Origin: Eubacteriales bacterium
Lineage (GTDB): Bacteria; Bacillota; Clostridia; Oscillospirales; CAG-272
Direction: 5' to 3'
Length of the DNA: 42,682 nucleotides
Assembly (NCBI GenBank): GCA_045632205.1
Contig: JAZQWH010000002.1
Location: forward strand, 1-42,682
A program made the position numbers and the translations under genes. Below the pieces are notes generated by a model, which worked only from the letters and a program-made list of their open reading frames with translations, had not been told where the DNA came from and did no database searches. Positions 28,578-37,486 of this stretch are shown here, piece by piece (the stretch's first letter is position 1; every line of letters starts with the position of its first letter).

Positions 28578-30816
28578 AAAAATTCCTCGAGATCACCTCG
28601 TCCTGCCATTCGCGGGAGAGGCTGGTGAATTTTGCGGAAAAGCCCGTGACACGCACGATCAGATGCGGATAGCGCTCGGGGTGCTTCTGCGCGTCGAGTA
28701 GCTCCTCCCTTGAGGTGCAGTTGAGCTGGAGCGATTGGATCGCCGTATGCGAGACCGCGCGCAAAAATCCGACGCAACGGTCAAGCGGAATTTTCGGGGG
28801 CAGGATGATGTTGACCACCGAATTTGCCGCCATCGTGGAGGGATCAAGCGACGCGAGACTGTTGATGACGTCGTTGACGCAGGGGATCCTTTTGAGGCGC
28901 GAGGGGGTAAGCCCCTGCGAAAAATACTCGCCCGCCTTCCGTCCGTCGGGGGTGGCAAGCGTGACCTCTCCCCAGAAGCGGATCTCGGTGTAGGTCAAAT
29001 GCCCCAGATGCACCCTGCCGCCGTAGGTTCCCGTTTTCTTTCGAAAGATGGCGAAAAGATCGTTGTTGAATCGGCTTGCGAGCGCGCAGGAGTCGTCGTT
29101 GCCGTCTCCCCATCCGTGACAGCGCGTTGCCTCAAGTCGCATCTCCTCATAGCCCTCCCAATTGGCGCGGACGGCGGCGAGATAGGCGGGGAGGGTGTAT
29201 TTTTCTTGGTCAAAGACAAGCGTCTTGATCGCCAGGAGCGAGTCCACGATGTTGGGCAGACCGAAGAGAAGCTGATAATCGTCGCGGTAGCGTGCGCCGC
29301 CTGCGGTAAAGTCGGCGTGATTTTCGAGGCAATCGGCGAGCGTGGAGGAGAAGATGGGGAAGACGGAGACCTTGTGGAAGATCTGCCCTCCGCGACGCGT
29401 TTTGTCAAGCTTGGCGTCAAGCACCAGCTCGCAGTTGTGCAGGACCTTACGGTAAAGCTCCTCGAAATCCTCGTCGCCCTCAAGCATTTCAAAGTCGATT
29501 TCCACCTCCTCTGCCTTCTCCTTCAGCCCGTGGACGGAAAATTCAAAGGGCTTGAGCAGATTGAGATAGCTTCCGTGATCGGATTTTTCGGTGGTGGTAA
29601 CAACGTCCCAGCAGCCCGCGATCATATAGTCGCGCGCCTCCTCGATCGGTCTGCCTGCGCGGACAAGGGCGGGGATCATTGCATCATCGTTCTGGAGCAG
29701 GACGGTGGTGGTTCCGTTTGCGATGGCGCGGGAGACCGCCTCGAGATATTCGGTGGGGGAATCCTTCCCAAAGCGACATTTGATCTTGGGGAAGATGACG
29801 CCATTCTCCTGCGTCGCGCGCAAAAAGAGCAGCGTCAGCTCGTTGCAGATCGGGTGTCCCTCCCCGTCACAGCCACCAAGCGTATAGGTGTTTTCCAGCT
29901 CGTGATCGGCGTATCCCGCCATGATCATATTGTGGTCGTAGTGGCAATCCCAGAGGAGGAGGAACTGCGAGATCAGCTCGTATGCCTCGTCGGGCGTGAG
30001 CCTTTGACTCTCAAGATCGGCACGGTAGAAGGAGATCAGATCGAGGTCGAGGCGCCCGAAGGTGTTGGGGCCCGCGCCCTCCAGAGAGCCCATTACGGTG
30101 CGCAAAAAGGCAAGCGCCGCGAGTGCCTCGTAGAAGGTTTTCGGCGCCTCCCACGGCACGCGGCGCGCGGTGTCGGCGATCATAGCAAGATTCTTGCGGC
30201 ATACGGGATCGCGCTCGTCCCGAAGCATCTGTTCCGCCTTGACGGCAAATTTTTTCGCTACGCGGGAAAGCACCTCCATTCCGTGGCAGACCGCCTCGAG
30301 GAATTCCGTCTCGTCCGCGTTTTTCGCTTTTTTCAGCTCGGCTTGCGCCTTTTCAAAGATCCCTCGCGCGCCCATCTCCAGAAACGGACGGCAATTGAAG
30401 TTGAAATGCTGGCAGTTGTCGTTATACGGGCCGCAGATGAGATAGAGCTTTTCCTTTTTTTGCACCTGCGTGATGCGATACAGCTCGGGATCCTGGTCGA
30501 TAAAGAGCTGCTGATTGCGCAGATAGACCCAGGCGTTTGCCTGATAAAATCCAAGCCCCTTTGCCTTAAACGCACCGTCGGAGAGGGAGGTCAATACCCC
30601 CGTTTCAAAGAAAAACGGATTGTGGCGAAAGACTATGGGCGTAAACTCCTCGCAGATGACGTCGTATTGAAGCAGCTTTTGCGCGGTCACGGTCATACCG
30701 TCAGTCGCTCGTTTGTCCATTATGGCAAAGCATTTTTGCGCAAAGGCTTTGGAGCGCTCTGCGTCTCCTTGCAAATAAAAGTCATACAATTCGCGTTTTA
30801 AAGGCTCTGTGTTCAT
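28570..30816 (-). CDS. Glycyl radical enzyme (PFL-like family) 2, substrate unknown
   Basis: ~748 aa; FGRLD, Cys loop GCWD, ATPDGR, glycyl motif VRVTGF. Confidence 0.9.
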   Translation of the reverse strand: MNTEPLKRELYDFYLQGDAERSKAFAQKCFAIMDKRATDGMTVTAQKLLQYDVICEEFTPIVFRHNPFFFETGVLTSLSDGAFKAKGLGFYQANAWVYLRNQQLFIDQDPELYRITQVQKKEKLYLICGPYNDNCQHFNFNCRPFLEMGARGIFEKAQAELKKAKNADETEFLEAVCHGMEVLSRVAKKFAVKAEQMLRDERDPVCRKNLAMIADTARRVPWEAPKTFYEALAALAFLRTVMGSLEGAGPNTFGRLDLDLISFYRADLESQRLTPDEAYELISQFLLLWDCHYDHNMIMAGYADHELENTYTLGGCDGEGHPICNELTLLFLRATQENGVIFPKIKCRFGKDSPTEYLEAVSRAIANGTTTVLLQNDDAMIPALVRAGRPIEEARDYMIAGCWDVVTTTEKSDHGSYLNLLKPFEFSVHGLKEKAEEVEIDFEMLEGDEDFEELYRKVLHNCELVLDAKLDKTRRGGQIFHKVSVFPIFSSTLADCLENHADFTAGGARYRDDYQLLFGLPNIVDSLLAIKTLVFDQEKYTLPAYLAAVRANWEGYEEMRLEATRCHGWGDGNDDSCALASRFNNDLFAIFRKKTGTYGGRVHLGHLTYTEIRFWGEVTLATPDGRKAGEYFSQGLTPSRLKRIPCVNDVINSLASLDPSTMAANSVVNIILPPKIPLDRCVGFLRAVSHTAIQSLQLNCTSREELLDAQKHPERYPHLIVRVTGFSAKFTSLSREWQDEVISRNFYE

Positions 30817-30920
30817 CAAAAATTCCCCTTTCTCGCTTGGATCTGATAACTGTATTCTACTAAAAAAACAAAAAAATGCAATGTAGAATAAAGAAGATTT
30901 GTAAAATACGGAAATTTATA

Positions 30921-30949
30921 TTTACAAACGGAGGATGCTGTGATATAAT
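30921..30949 (+). promoter_or_regulatory. Sigma-A-type promoter
   Basis: TTTACA-17-TATAAT with TG extension. Confidence 0.7.
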
Positions 30950-30966
30950 CGGATCGGAGGGGAGGG

Positions 30967-31707
30967 ATGGATATGAAATTTGAAAAGCTTCGCGTCAGGG
31001 AGATCCGAGGGGTGCTTCGCTACCGCCCGAGTCAGATGCGCTGGAACGCCTCAAACCGCCGAGATCACATCATCGGCATCCAGCTCAGCGGAAGTGCCCT
31101 GCACGAAATGGAGGGGCAAAAATTCGTCCTGCGCGAGAACGTTGCCTATTTTCTCAATCGGAAGGACGATTACCGCGTCGAGGTAGAGGAGGCGGGGGAG
31201 GCGCTCTCGATCCATTTCACCACCTATGAGGAGATCGAAACCGATAGCTTCTGCTTTCCCGCGCAGAATGCGGGGGAGCTCGTGACGATCCTGAAAAAGG
31301 CGGAGGGGGCGCGTGCCGCAGGGAACGAATTGCGCGTGCTGGCACTGCTCTACGAGCTTTGCGACGCGTATGAAAAAATACGGGCGAGGGCGTACGCGCC
31401 GCAGGATGGGCGTATGCTTGCCGCAAAAAATTATATCGACCGTCATTTTGCAGAGGACGGCTGCCTTGCCGAGGCGATCGGTGCGAGCGGACTTTGCGAT
31501 CGCAGATTCCGCGATCTCTTCCGTGCGTCCTTTCAGACCACCCCGGGGCGCTACCTCACGCTCAAGCGGATCGAATACGCAAGACAATTGCTCTCCGTCG
31601 GCGGACTTTCGGTCACCGAGGTCGCGGAGCGCTGCGGCTTCTCGGATCTCTATTATTTCAGTAAGGTGTTCAAGCAGATTTGCGGAATGCCGCCCAGCGA
31701 GTGGTAA
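30967..31707 (+). CDS. AraC family transcriptional regulator
   Basis: C-terminal HTH (SVTEVAERCGFSDLYYFSKVFK); divergent from GRE 2. Confidence 0.9.
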   Translation: MDMKFEKLRVREIRGVLRYRPSQMRWNASNRRDHIIGIQLSGSALHEMEGQKFVLRENVAYFLNRKDDYRVEVEEAGEALSIHFTTYEEIETDSFCFPAQNAGELVTILKKAEGARAAGNELRVLALLYELCDAYEKIRARAYAPQDGRMLAAKNYIDRHFAEDGCLAEAIGASGLCDRRFRDLFRASFQTTPGRYLTLKRIEYARQLLSVGGLSVTEVAERCGFSDLYYFSKVFKQICGMPPSEW

Positions 31708-31762
31708 AAAACGATCCCGAACCGTTTCGCTTATGATAATCGGTATGATCCAAGGAATATCG

Positions 31763-31869
31763 GTGTGTTATCATAGGGACAACACCGTTACACACAAAAT
31801 AATATTTTTCGGACAAAAACGGTTGTCCCTATATAGCGCGCTCGTTTGGCACGTTATAATAGGGACAAC
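31763..31869. repeat. Cluster of three TAGGGACAAC motifs (att/res-like site)
   Basis: GTTATCATAGGGACAAC (31767-83), inverted GTTGTCCCTAT (31822-32) and GTTATAATAGGGACAAC (31853-69); the last two form a 48-bp imperfect palindrome; the same motif ends the arm next to the spoIVB fragments. Confidence 0.7.
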
Positions 31870-31887
31870 TTTTTTATTCGATTTTTT

Positions 31888-32008
31888 TTACGACGCCTTC
31901 GCCATAGGGAGATTGACGGCATTGAGCATATTCTCAATAAAGATCCCGTACCCCGTGGTGGGATCGTTGATCAGCACGTGGGTGACCGCGCCGATGAGCT
32001 TGCCGTCC
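31888..32008 (-). pseudogene. spoIVB: spoIVB 3' fragment, copy 1 (5'-eroded)
   Basis: Translates [39 protein letters not shown]; the SGSPIIQ part and the arm are missing. Confidence 0.85.
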
Positions 32009-32028
32009 CGATTGCAGGGCGCGTGTGT

Positions 32029-33630
32029 TCAAATAGGGGCAACGTCCTTTATCGCCGCAACGTATTTTTTCGCAAGCTCCTTTAAGGATCGATAATCCCT
32101 TGCATTGATCAGCTGTTTGTTATATAGATTCGATCCAACGCCAACTCCGTAAAAGCCCATATCAAGGAAGGCTTTTGCGTTTTCTGCCGTTACGCCGCCA
32201 ACCGCGAGGAGCTTTGCGTCGGAGAGGGGCGCGCAGATCGCCTTGAGGTATCCGCCCGTGACACGGTCTGCAGGGAAGAGCTTGATATAATCGGCGCCGT
32301 GCTTGAGCGCTGCCGCAATCTCGGTTGCCGTGTATGCCGCAGGTATGGAGACCATTCCGAGCCTTCTTGTCAGCGCGATGATCTCGGCGTCGCAGTTGGG
32401 AGAGATGATAAAGGATGCGCCTGCCTCAAACGCGATCAGGACCTCCTCGGGTGACGTGACCGTACCCGCTCCGACGAGCATCCGTCCGTCAAAATTCTGA
32501 TTGAGACACGCGATCATCTCACCGATCTGATCGGGAGCAATTTTGCCGGAGCGGTCGAAGGTGACCTCAAGCAGACGGATCCCGCCCGCATAGAGTGCCT
32601 CTGCCGCAGGGATCAGGGTTTCTCGATCGGGGGCACGCAGGATCGAAATGAGTCGTTCGCTATGGATCGCCCCGAGAATGCGCTCGCGCGCGAGATGGGC
32701 ACGGGAGACGGCATAAATTTTTTGCAAGGCGCAAACGACCGCCGCATCGGTGCATTCCTGCGGCAAAAGGGTTGCGGAATGCTCTTCCAGAAGGATCTCG
32801 TAGATCCGTCCGAGCCGTTGACTTCCGCCGATGAAAATGGGAGACGTGCCTGCGTAGCGGCAAATGAGCGGGCAGTCCTCACGCAGGATCGCACCGCAGA
32901 GGAAGGAGGAGAGAGCGTCGGTGGGGCGTCCGTTTTTCTCCATCACGCGTACGTGGAAGAGCGCGGCATTCAAGCCGTGTTCCGCAGCATACGCCGCACC
33001 GCGAAGGACACCGGTCTCGGAGATCGTAAAGTCGTGTGAGACCGCGCCCGACAAAATGCTCTTCGTGACCGCCATATCGAGCAGCTCTCCGCTGAGCGTG
33101 GTGGCAAAATCCAGGATCTCGCCGTGCTCGCCGATGCGGATGATCTTGTTGTGCGTGCCGGGGAGCAGGATCGTGCAGGCCTGTCCCGCGGGTAATGCGG
33201 AAAGGATGCCGATCAGCTCGGTCTCCTCACCGCGCATCAGATCGCAGAGTCTGCCGTTTGCCGTTTTTTTCAGTCCGGGAACGAATCGGATGGGGATCGC
33301 GGTCAGCTCGGGGATCCTTCTCTCACAAACACTCATTGCCACGCTTGAGAGATCCGAGGGGAGGGAGACGTGAGGGATCTCGCACAGTGCCATCTCGCTT
33401 CCCGACATTCCCGAGGTGAGGATGCATTCCACCGCATCCTCGCTGCAGCCGTTTGATTGCAGGAGGTCGAGGATGACGGCGCGCAGACGTGCGAGCAAGG
33501 TCGCCCTGCCCTCCGTTTTGCCAAGCCCTGCGCCGAGCGGAGCTTTTCTTCGGTCAAGTATTGTATTCCCCTTGCACAGCCAAAGCCTTGTGTTGGTCGT
33601 GCCCATATCCATTGCAAGATACACTGTCAT
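32029..33630 (-). CDS. Fused 2-keto-3-deoxygalactonate kinase (DgoK-like) / KDPG-KDPGal aldolase (Eda/DgoA-like)
   Basis: N-half DMGTTNTR, DLMRGEETE, LPGTHNK; C-half GGIRLLEVT, VGAGTV, FIISP, IKLFPA, AVGGV; ATG 33630 with GGAGG and ATGA overlap with the upstream gene. Confidence 0.85.
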   Translation of the reverse strand: MTVYLAMDMGTTNTRLWLCKGNTILDRRKAPLGAGLGKTEGRATLLARLRAVILDLLQSNGCSEDAVECILTSGMSGSEMALCEIPHVSLPSDLSSVAMSVCERRIPELTAIPIRFVPGLKKTANGRLCDLMRGEETELIGILSALPAGQACTILLPGTHNKIIRIGEHGEILDFATTLSGELLDMAVTKSILSGAVSHDFTISETGVLRGAAYAAEHGLNAALFHVRVMEKNGRPTDALSSFLCGAILREDCPLICRYAGTSPIFIGGSQRLGRIYEILLEEHSATLLPQECTDAAVVCALQKIYAVSRAHLARERILGAIHSERLISILRAPDRETLIPAAEALYAGGIRLLEVTFDRSGKIAPDQIGEMIACLNQNFDGRMLVGAGTVTSPEEVLIAFEAGASFIISPNCDAEIIALTRRLGMVSIPAAYTATEIAAALKHGADYIKLFPADRVTGGYLKAICAPLSDAKLLAVGGVTAENAKAFLDMGFYGVGVGSNLYNKQLINARDYRSLKELAKKYVAAIKDVAPI

Positions 33631-35291
33631 ACCTCCTTGTGCAGATTTCTGTATTTTTGAGGAGAGATCCGTTCCGTGCGCGTAAACGTTTCGGTGAAGT
33701 ACGAGGCGCTTCCAAAGCCCACCTCGCACGCGATCTGTGAGATCCTGAGGTCGGTGTTCTTCAGGAGGAGCTTTGCGCGCGTCATACGCAGCTCGTTGCG
33801 GTATTCGGTTACCGTTGTGCCCGTTTCGGATTTGAAGACGTGAGAGAGATAATAGACGCTGAGATGCAGATCCCGTGCGATTTGCGAGATCGGAATATCC
33901 TCGGAAAGATGCTCCTCCACGTATTCGCAAATGCGCGTGTAAATAGGGGCGCTTTTGGCAGGCTCGGGCGCGGAGGTGAGCCGCTCAATGATCGCTTGCA
34001 GGATCGTGCGATCTCGCCGCTCGCTTGCCTCAAATTGCGCGATCAGAGCATCGAGCTTTTTGAAATCCTGCGTGTAGGGCGCAACGCAATTGGGCGGAAA
34101 ACGCTCGAAAAGTGCCTCGATGGGGTCGGTGTCGGGATCGTCGAGAAGCTCCTGTGCAAGCGTCTCACAGCCTCCCGTGACCGTTCGGTAGGGGTTTGGG
34201 ATGCCCTCTGCAAGACGGGAAAGCTTGCAGACCACGCGGCAAAGATAGCTTTCGGGGTCGCTCAGCGCACCGCAAAGGATCTCATCCTCGGTGATCCGTG
34301 CGACCAGGATCTCGCGCGCGGAGGCATATGCCTCCTCTAAGCCGGAGAGAAAGCAGCCTCGCTCGCGGTCGTAGACGACGTGGATGACACCGCCCTCGCC
34401 AACCGTTACGTCGGGATAGGAGATGCTTTTGCGACTGTCAAGCAGCAGGGAATAGGGGAAGGTCATACCGTCATCCTCCGAAAGATACGCCGTCAGATGA
34501 CTTCTCGTGTCGGAGGTGGCGTGGTTGATCAGAAGCACGCGTCCCGAGGGGAGCTTGCCGACGTAGAAGCGGGAGGAGGGACCGCACAGAGAAAGCTTTC
34601 GTCCACAGCTCCATTGATGTCCCCGATCGTAGGAATAGCTCTCGCCGATTCCGCGATTGAGACGGACGAGCATACGAAGCACGCCGTTGTTCATTTCATA
34701 GACCATATGCTCGTCATAGGAGCGGTTGGGGACGTCCGCACCGCCGAGACGGTGAAAGCTTTGCCCGTTGTCGGAGGTCTTGTAAACGTAGGATGCCGCC
34801 ACGTCCTCCTCCGTCAGCCCGCGTCTGCGGAGATTGGCGAGGAGATCGGGCTTCCAGATCGCAATGGGGAAGAGCCATTCGCCGGTGGAGAGCACGGTGG
34901 GCTTGTTCATCATCACGCCTCTTCCGATATAAAATTCACGTGACCATACCGGCTCGTCGGCGTCGGGATCCTCGCAGAGGGCGCCCCAAACCTCCTCACC
35001 GGGCATCACGTTCCATATAAACCAAAGTCGCTTTAGGGGATCGATCCAAAGCACGGGGTCGAAGCAACGGAAGGCACCCGACTTGCAGGCGACCGCGATA
35101 GGCTCACTGTATCGAAGCTCATCGTCGGAGCGGATGAGGGCGGCAAAGTTCCCAAAGGTCTCTTTGGTGTCGCCGGAATAGAAGGAGACGAATATGCGTC
35201 CGCGCGGCGTGCGGGCAATTCCGGGAATCCCCTGCCATACACGTCGATCGGAGGCGAAGTCTTTTAATTTGGAAGCATCGGTGATCAGCAT
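33627..35291 (-). CDS. Sialidase-like (BNR) domain fused to an AraC DNA-binding domain
   Basis: RVWQGIP, Asp-boxes (TSDNGQSF, SYDRGHQW, SEDDGMTF), SYPD, YDRER; C-terminal AraC HTH (IACEVGFGSASYFTETF). Confidence 0.8.
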   Translation of the reverse strand: MLITDASKLKDFASDRRVWQGIPGIARTPRGRIFVSFYSGDTKETFGNFAALIRSDDELRYSEPIAVACKSGAFRCFDPVLWIDPLKRLWFIWNVMPGEEVWGALCEDPDADEPVWSREFYIGRGVMMNKPTVLSTGEWLFPIAIWKPDLLANLRRRGLTEEDVAASYVYKTSDNGQSFHRLGGADVPNRSYDEHMVYEMNNGVLRMLVRLNRGIGESYSYDRGHQWSCGRKLSLCGPSSRFYVGKLPSGRVLLINHATSDTRSHLTAYLSEDDGMTFPYSLLLDSRKSISYPDVTVGEGGVIHVVYDRERGCFLSGLEEAYASAREILVARITEDEILCGALSDPESYLCRVVCKLSRLAEGIPNPYRTVTGGCETLAQELLDDPDTDPIEALFERFPPNCVAPYTQDFKKLDALIAQFEASERRDRTILQAIIERLTSAPEPAKSAPIYTRICEYVEEHLSEDIPISQIARDLHLSVYYLSHVFKSETGTTVTEYRNELRMTRAKLLLKNTDLRISQIACEVGFGSASYFTETFTRTERISPQKYRNLHKEV

Positions 35292-35376
35292 CGCAAAACC
35301 TCACAAAAAACGGATTTTCACCGTTATTATAGCACGGGTGACTCGGATTTTCTATAACAGGATTGCTATTTATGAA

Positions 35377-35414
35377 GGAGGCGACCCCACCAAACGGTGA
35401 GATCGCCTCTTTTT
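35377..35414. terminator. Terminator following spoIVB fragment 2
   Basis: GAGGCGA...CACC-AAAC-GGTG...TCGCCTC-TTTTT. Confidence 0.65.
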
Positions 35415-35558
35415 ATGCAGTTTTTTTCTCTGTCTGCGCCGGCATCGTGTTTACCATATTCTCAATAAAGATCCCATACTCCGTAGTCGGATCGTTGATC
35501 AGCACGTGGGTGACCGCACCGACGAGCTTGCCGTCCTGAATGATTGGGCTGCCGCTCA
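35413..35558 (-). pseudogene. spoIVB: spoIVB 3' fragment, copy 2
   Basis: Translates [47 protein letters not shown]; starts at the TG preceding the catalytic Ser codon of GMSGSP. Confidence 0.9.
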
Positions 35559-35583
35559 GTAGTGTGGTCAAGTAGGGACAACA
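35557..35583 (-). mobile_element. Putative att junction (core TG + conserved non-spoIVB arm)
   Basis: CAGTAGTGTGGTCAAGTAGGGACAACA; shared with 38629-38655; GC content drops abruptly to the right. Confidence 0.7.
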
Positions 35584-35676
35584 AAATTTGTACTGTTTTT
35601 TATTAAACGTTTCGCTTTTTGTATTTCTTCGTCCGTGGGAATGTGGTGAGGCATGGAATTAGTCATTCCAAGCGCC

Positions 35677-36510
35677 TCACGTTTTGATACGGCATATTTG
35701 TGACACATCAATACCCGTATTTTTTTGATTTCTGTACGCGGACGGAGAATAGCCCGTTTTCTCTTTGAAAATTCTTGAAAAATAAGATGGACTTGAAAAT
35801 CCGCATAGGGTACTCACCTGAGTGACAGATATGTCCTCCTTTTTTAATAGCTCTTTTGCCATAGTTATTCTTGTTTGTACGATATAGTCCATAACGGTAA
35901 TACCTATCTTTCCTTTGAATAACCTGCAGAGATAATACTTGTTTATATAACATATCTCGCTTATTTTATCGATTGAAATATCTTCAGAAATATGTTGATT
36001 GATAAAGTTTATAACGGTTTGGAGAGAATTGGGTTCGGGTCTTGCTTCTGTAATTGCATTTTTTGTAAGAATGATCATAAGCCGAATGGCCGCAGATGAT
36101 ATTTCGGCTTGGATATACTTTGAATCTTCCGATAAACTATTTAACGTGTCGAAAATATCTCGGACCGCGTTTTTATCGTTTTCTCCAAGAATAGAAAAGA
36201 TGATCGCATCTTCGTTAAAAAGCTCTGTAAAGTTTGGATAATTGCCAAGTACGTGTGTTAAGCTATCCAATATATTTGATTCTAAGAACAGTTTACTTCT
36301 TGTGTATTCCATAGGTTTAGTTGGAAAGGTATAATGGTATTTGTTTTTACCTATATAGCAAAGCACTCCTGATTGCAGAGGATAGCTTTTGTCACGGAAA
36401 ACGATACTTCCTTTTCCGGATTCTATAAAAAGAAAGGTGTTTTTTTTCGGTGTATGCCATATTTTATAAAAATTGTCTTTTCCTTTTTGGTTAACGGTAA
36501 TATCGTACAT
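35677..36510 (-). CDS. AraC family transcriptional regulator (AT-rich cassette B)
   Basis: Cupin + HTH (VSTLCGFSSPSYFSRIFK...SP). Confidence 0.9.
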   Translation of the reverse strand: MYDITVNQKGKDNFYKIWHTPKKNTFLFIESGKGSIVFRDKSYPLQSGVLCYIGKNKYHYTFPTKPMEYTRSKLFLESNILDSLTHVLGNYPNFTELFNEDAIIFSILGENDKNAVRDIFDTLNSLSEDSKYIQAEISSAAIRLMIILTKNAITEARPEPNSLQTVINFINQHISEDISIDKISEICYINKYYLCRLFKGKIGITVMDYIVQTRITMAKELLKKEDISVTQVSTLCGFSSPSYFSRIFKEKTGYSPSAYRNQKNTGIDVSQICRIKT

Positions 36511-36697
36511 TTTATTCTCCTATGAATATAGCTTGGCTTATATTATAGCATACTTTTTATCATAAGTCAATGAGAGTAAAAAATAGGTCAAAAAAATGAT
36601 TGTATTGAATAAAAAATTGAATTATAATAAATCATCAATTGATTTAAATTTTAAAAATTAATTGAAATATCGGATAATCGAAAGGATACATAATCAA

Positions 36698-37486
36698 ATG
36701 TTTGATTTAAAGGGTAGAGTAGCTATAGTTACCGGAGCTGTGGCGGGGCTTGGCAGAGATATGGCAGAGGTATTTGCGGAATACGGATGTGATATTATTA
36801 TTACAAGCCGCCAGATAGAAAAGGCAAATAAGGCTGCCGCTGAAATTGAAGAAAAATATTCGGTAAAGGCAATGGGGCTCTCCCTTGACGTAACGTCTTG
36901 CGAAAGCGTTGAAGCATTTGCGAAAAGTGCAATGGAGTGGCAAGGACATATCGATATCCTTGTAAATAATTCCGGCGGCGGAAGTGGTGCCTCCGAGGGA
37001 CATATTTTTGACCGTCCGTATAAGGATATTTTCAATATGATTAACGTAAATCTTACGGGAACTATTTTTGTGTGCAAGGCTGTTGGAGCATATATGAAGT
37101 CACAGGGCTTCGGTAAGATAATCAATATAGGCTCTATTGCGGGAATGGTCGGTCGTGATCGCAGAATGTACTATAAAGCAAATAAGATGGAGCAACCGGT
37201 TGATTATGCGGCGGCAAAGGGCGGTGTAATATCATTGACACGTGACTTGGCGGCGGTTATGGCACCATACGGTGTAAACGTAAATTGCATATCTCCCGGC
37301 GGATTTGATAAAGGAGAGCTTCCGGCTGAATTTGTAAGGCTTTACAGTGACCGTACTGCACTTGGACATATGGGGCGTATCGGAAGTGATATAAAGGGCG
37401 CGGCACTCTTTCTTGCAAGCAGTGCATCCGATTACGTTACGGGCATAAATCTTGCGGTTGACGGAGGATTTTCGTCATGGCAGTAA
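36698..37486 (+). CDS. SDR family oxidoreductase (gluconate 5-dehydrogenase/KduD-like)
   Basis: TGAVAGLG, ILVNNSG, YAAAK catalytic motif, VDGG; ATG 36698. Confidence 0.9.
   Translation: MFDLKGRVAIVTGAVAGLGRDMAEVFAEYGCDIIITSRQIEKANKAAAEIEEKYSVKAMGLSLDVTSCESVEAFAKSAMEWQGHIDILVNNSGGGSGASEGHIFDRPYKDIFNMINVNLTGTIFVCKAVGAYMKSQGFGKIINIGSIAGMVGRDRRMYYKANKMEQPVDYAAAKGGVISLTRDLAAVMAPYGVNVNCISPGGFDKGELPAEFVRLYSDRTALGHMGRIGSDIKGAALFLASSASDYVTGINLAVDGGFSSWQ

Noticed and set aside
24560-30801. 749-aa and 688-aa plus-strand ORFs
   Set aside because: Antisense shadows of the two GRE genes.
24572-30816. Calling the GREs pflB or cutC
   Set aside because: No CC active-site pair as in PFL; no microcompartment or cut context; substrate cannot be assigned from sequence.
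33631-33930. N-terminal extension of the 633-aa kinase-aldolase ORF
   Set aside because: Overlaps the upstream AraC domain; ATG 33630 has a GGAGG RBS and an ATGA overlap.
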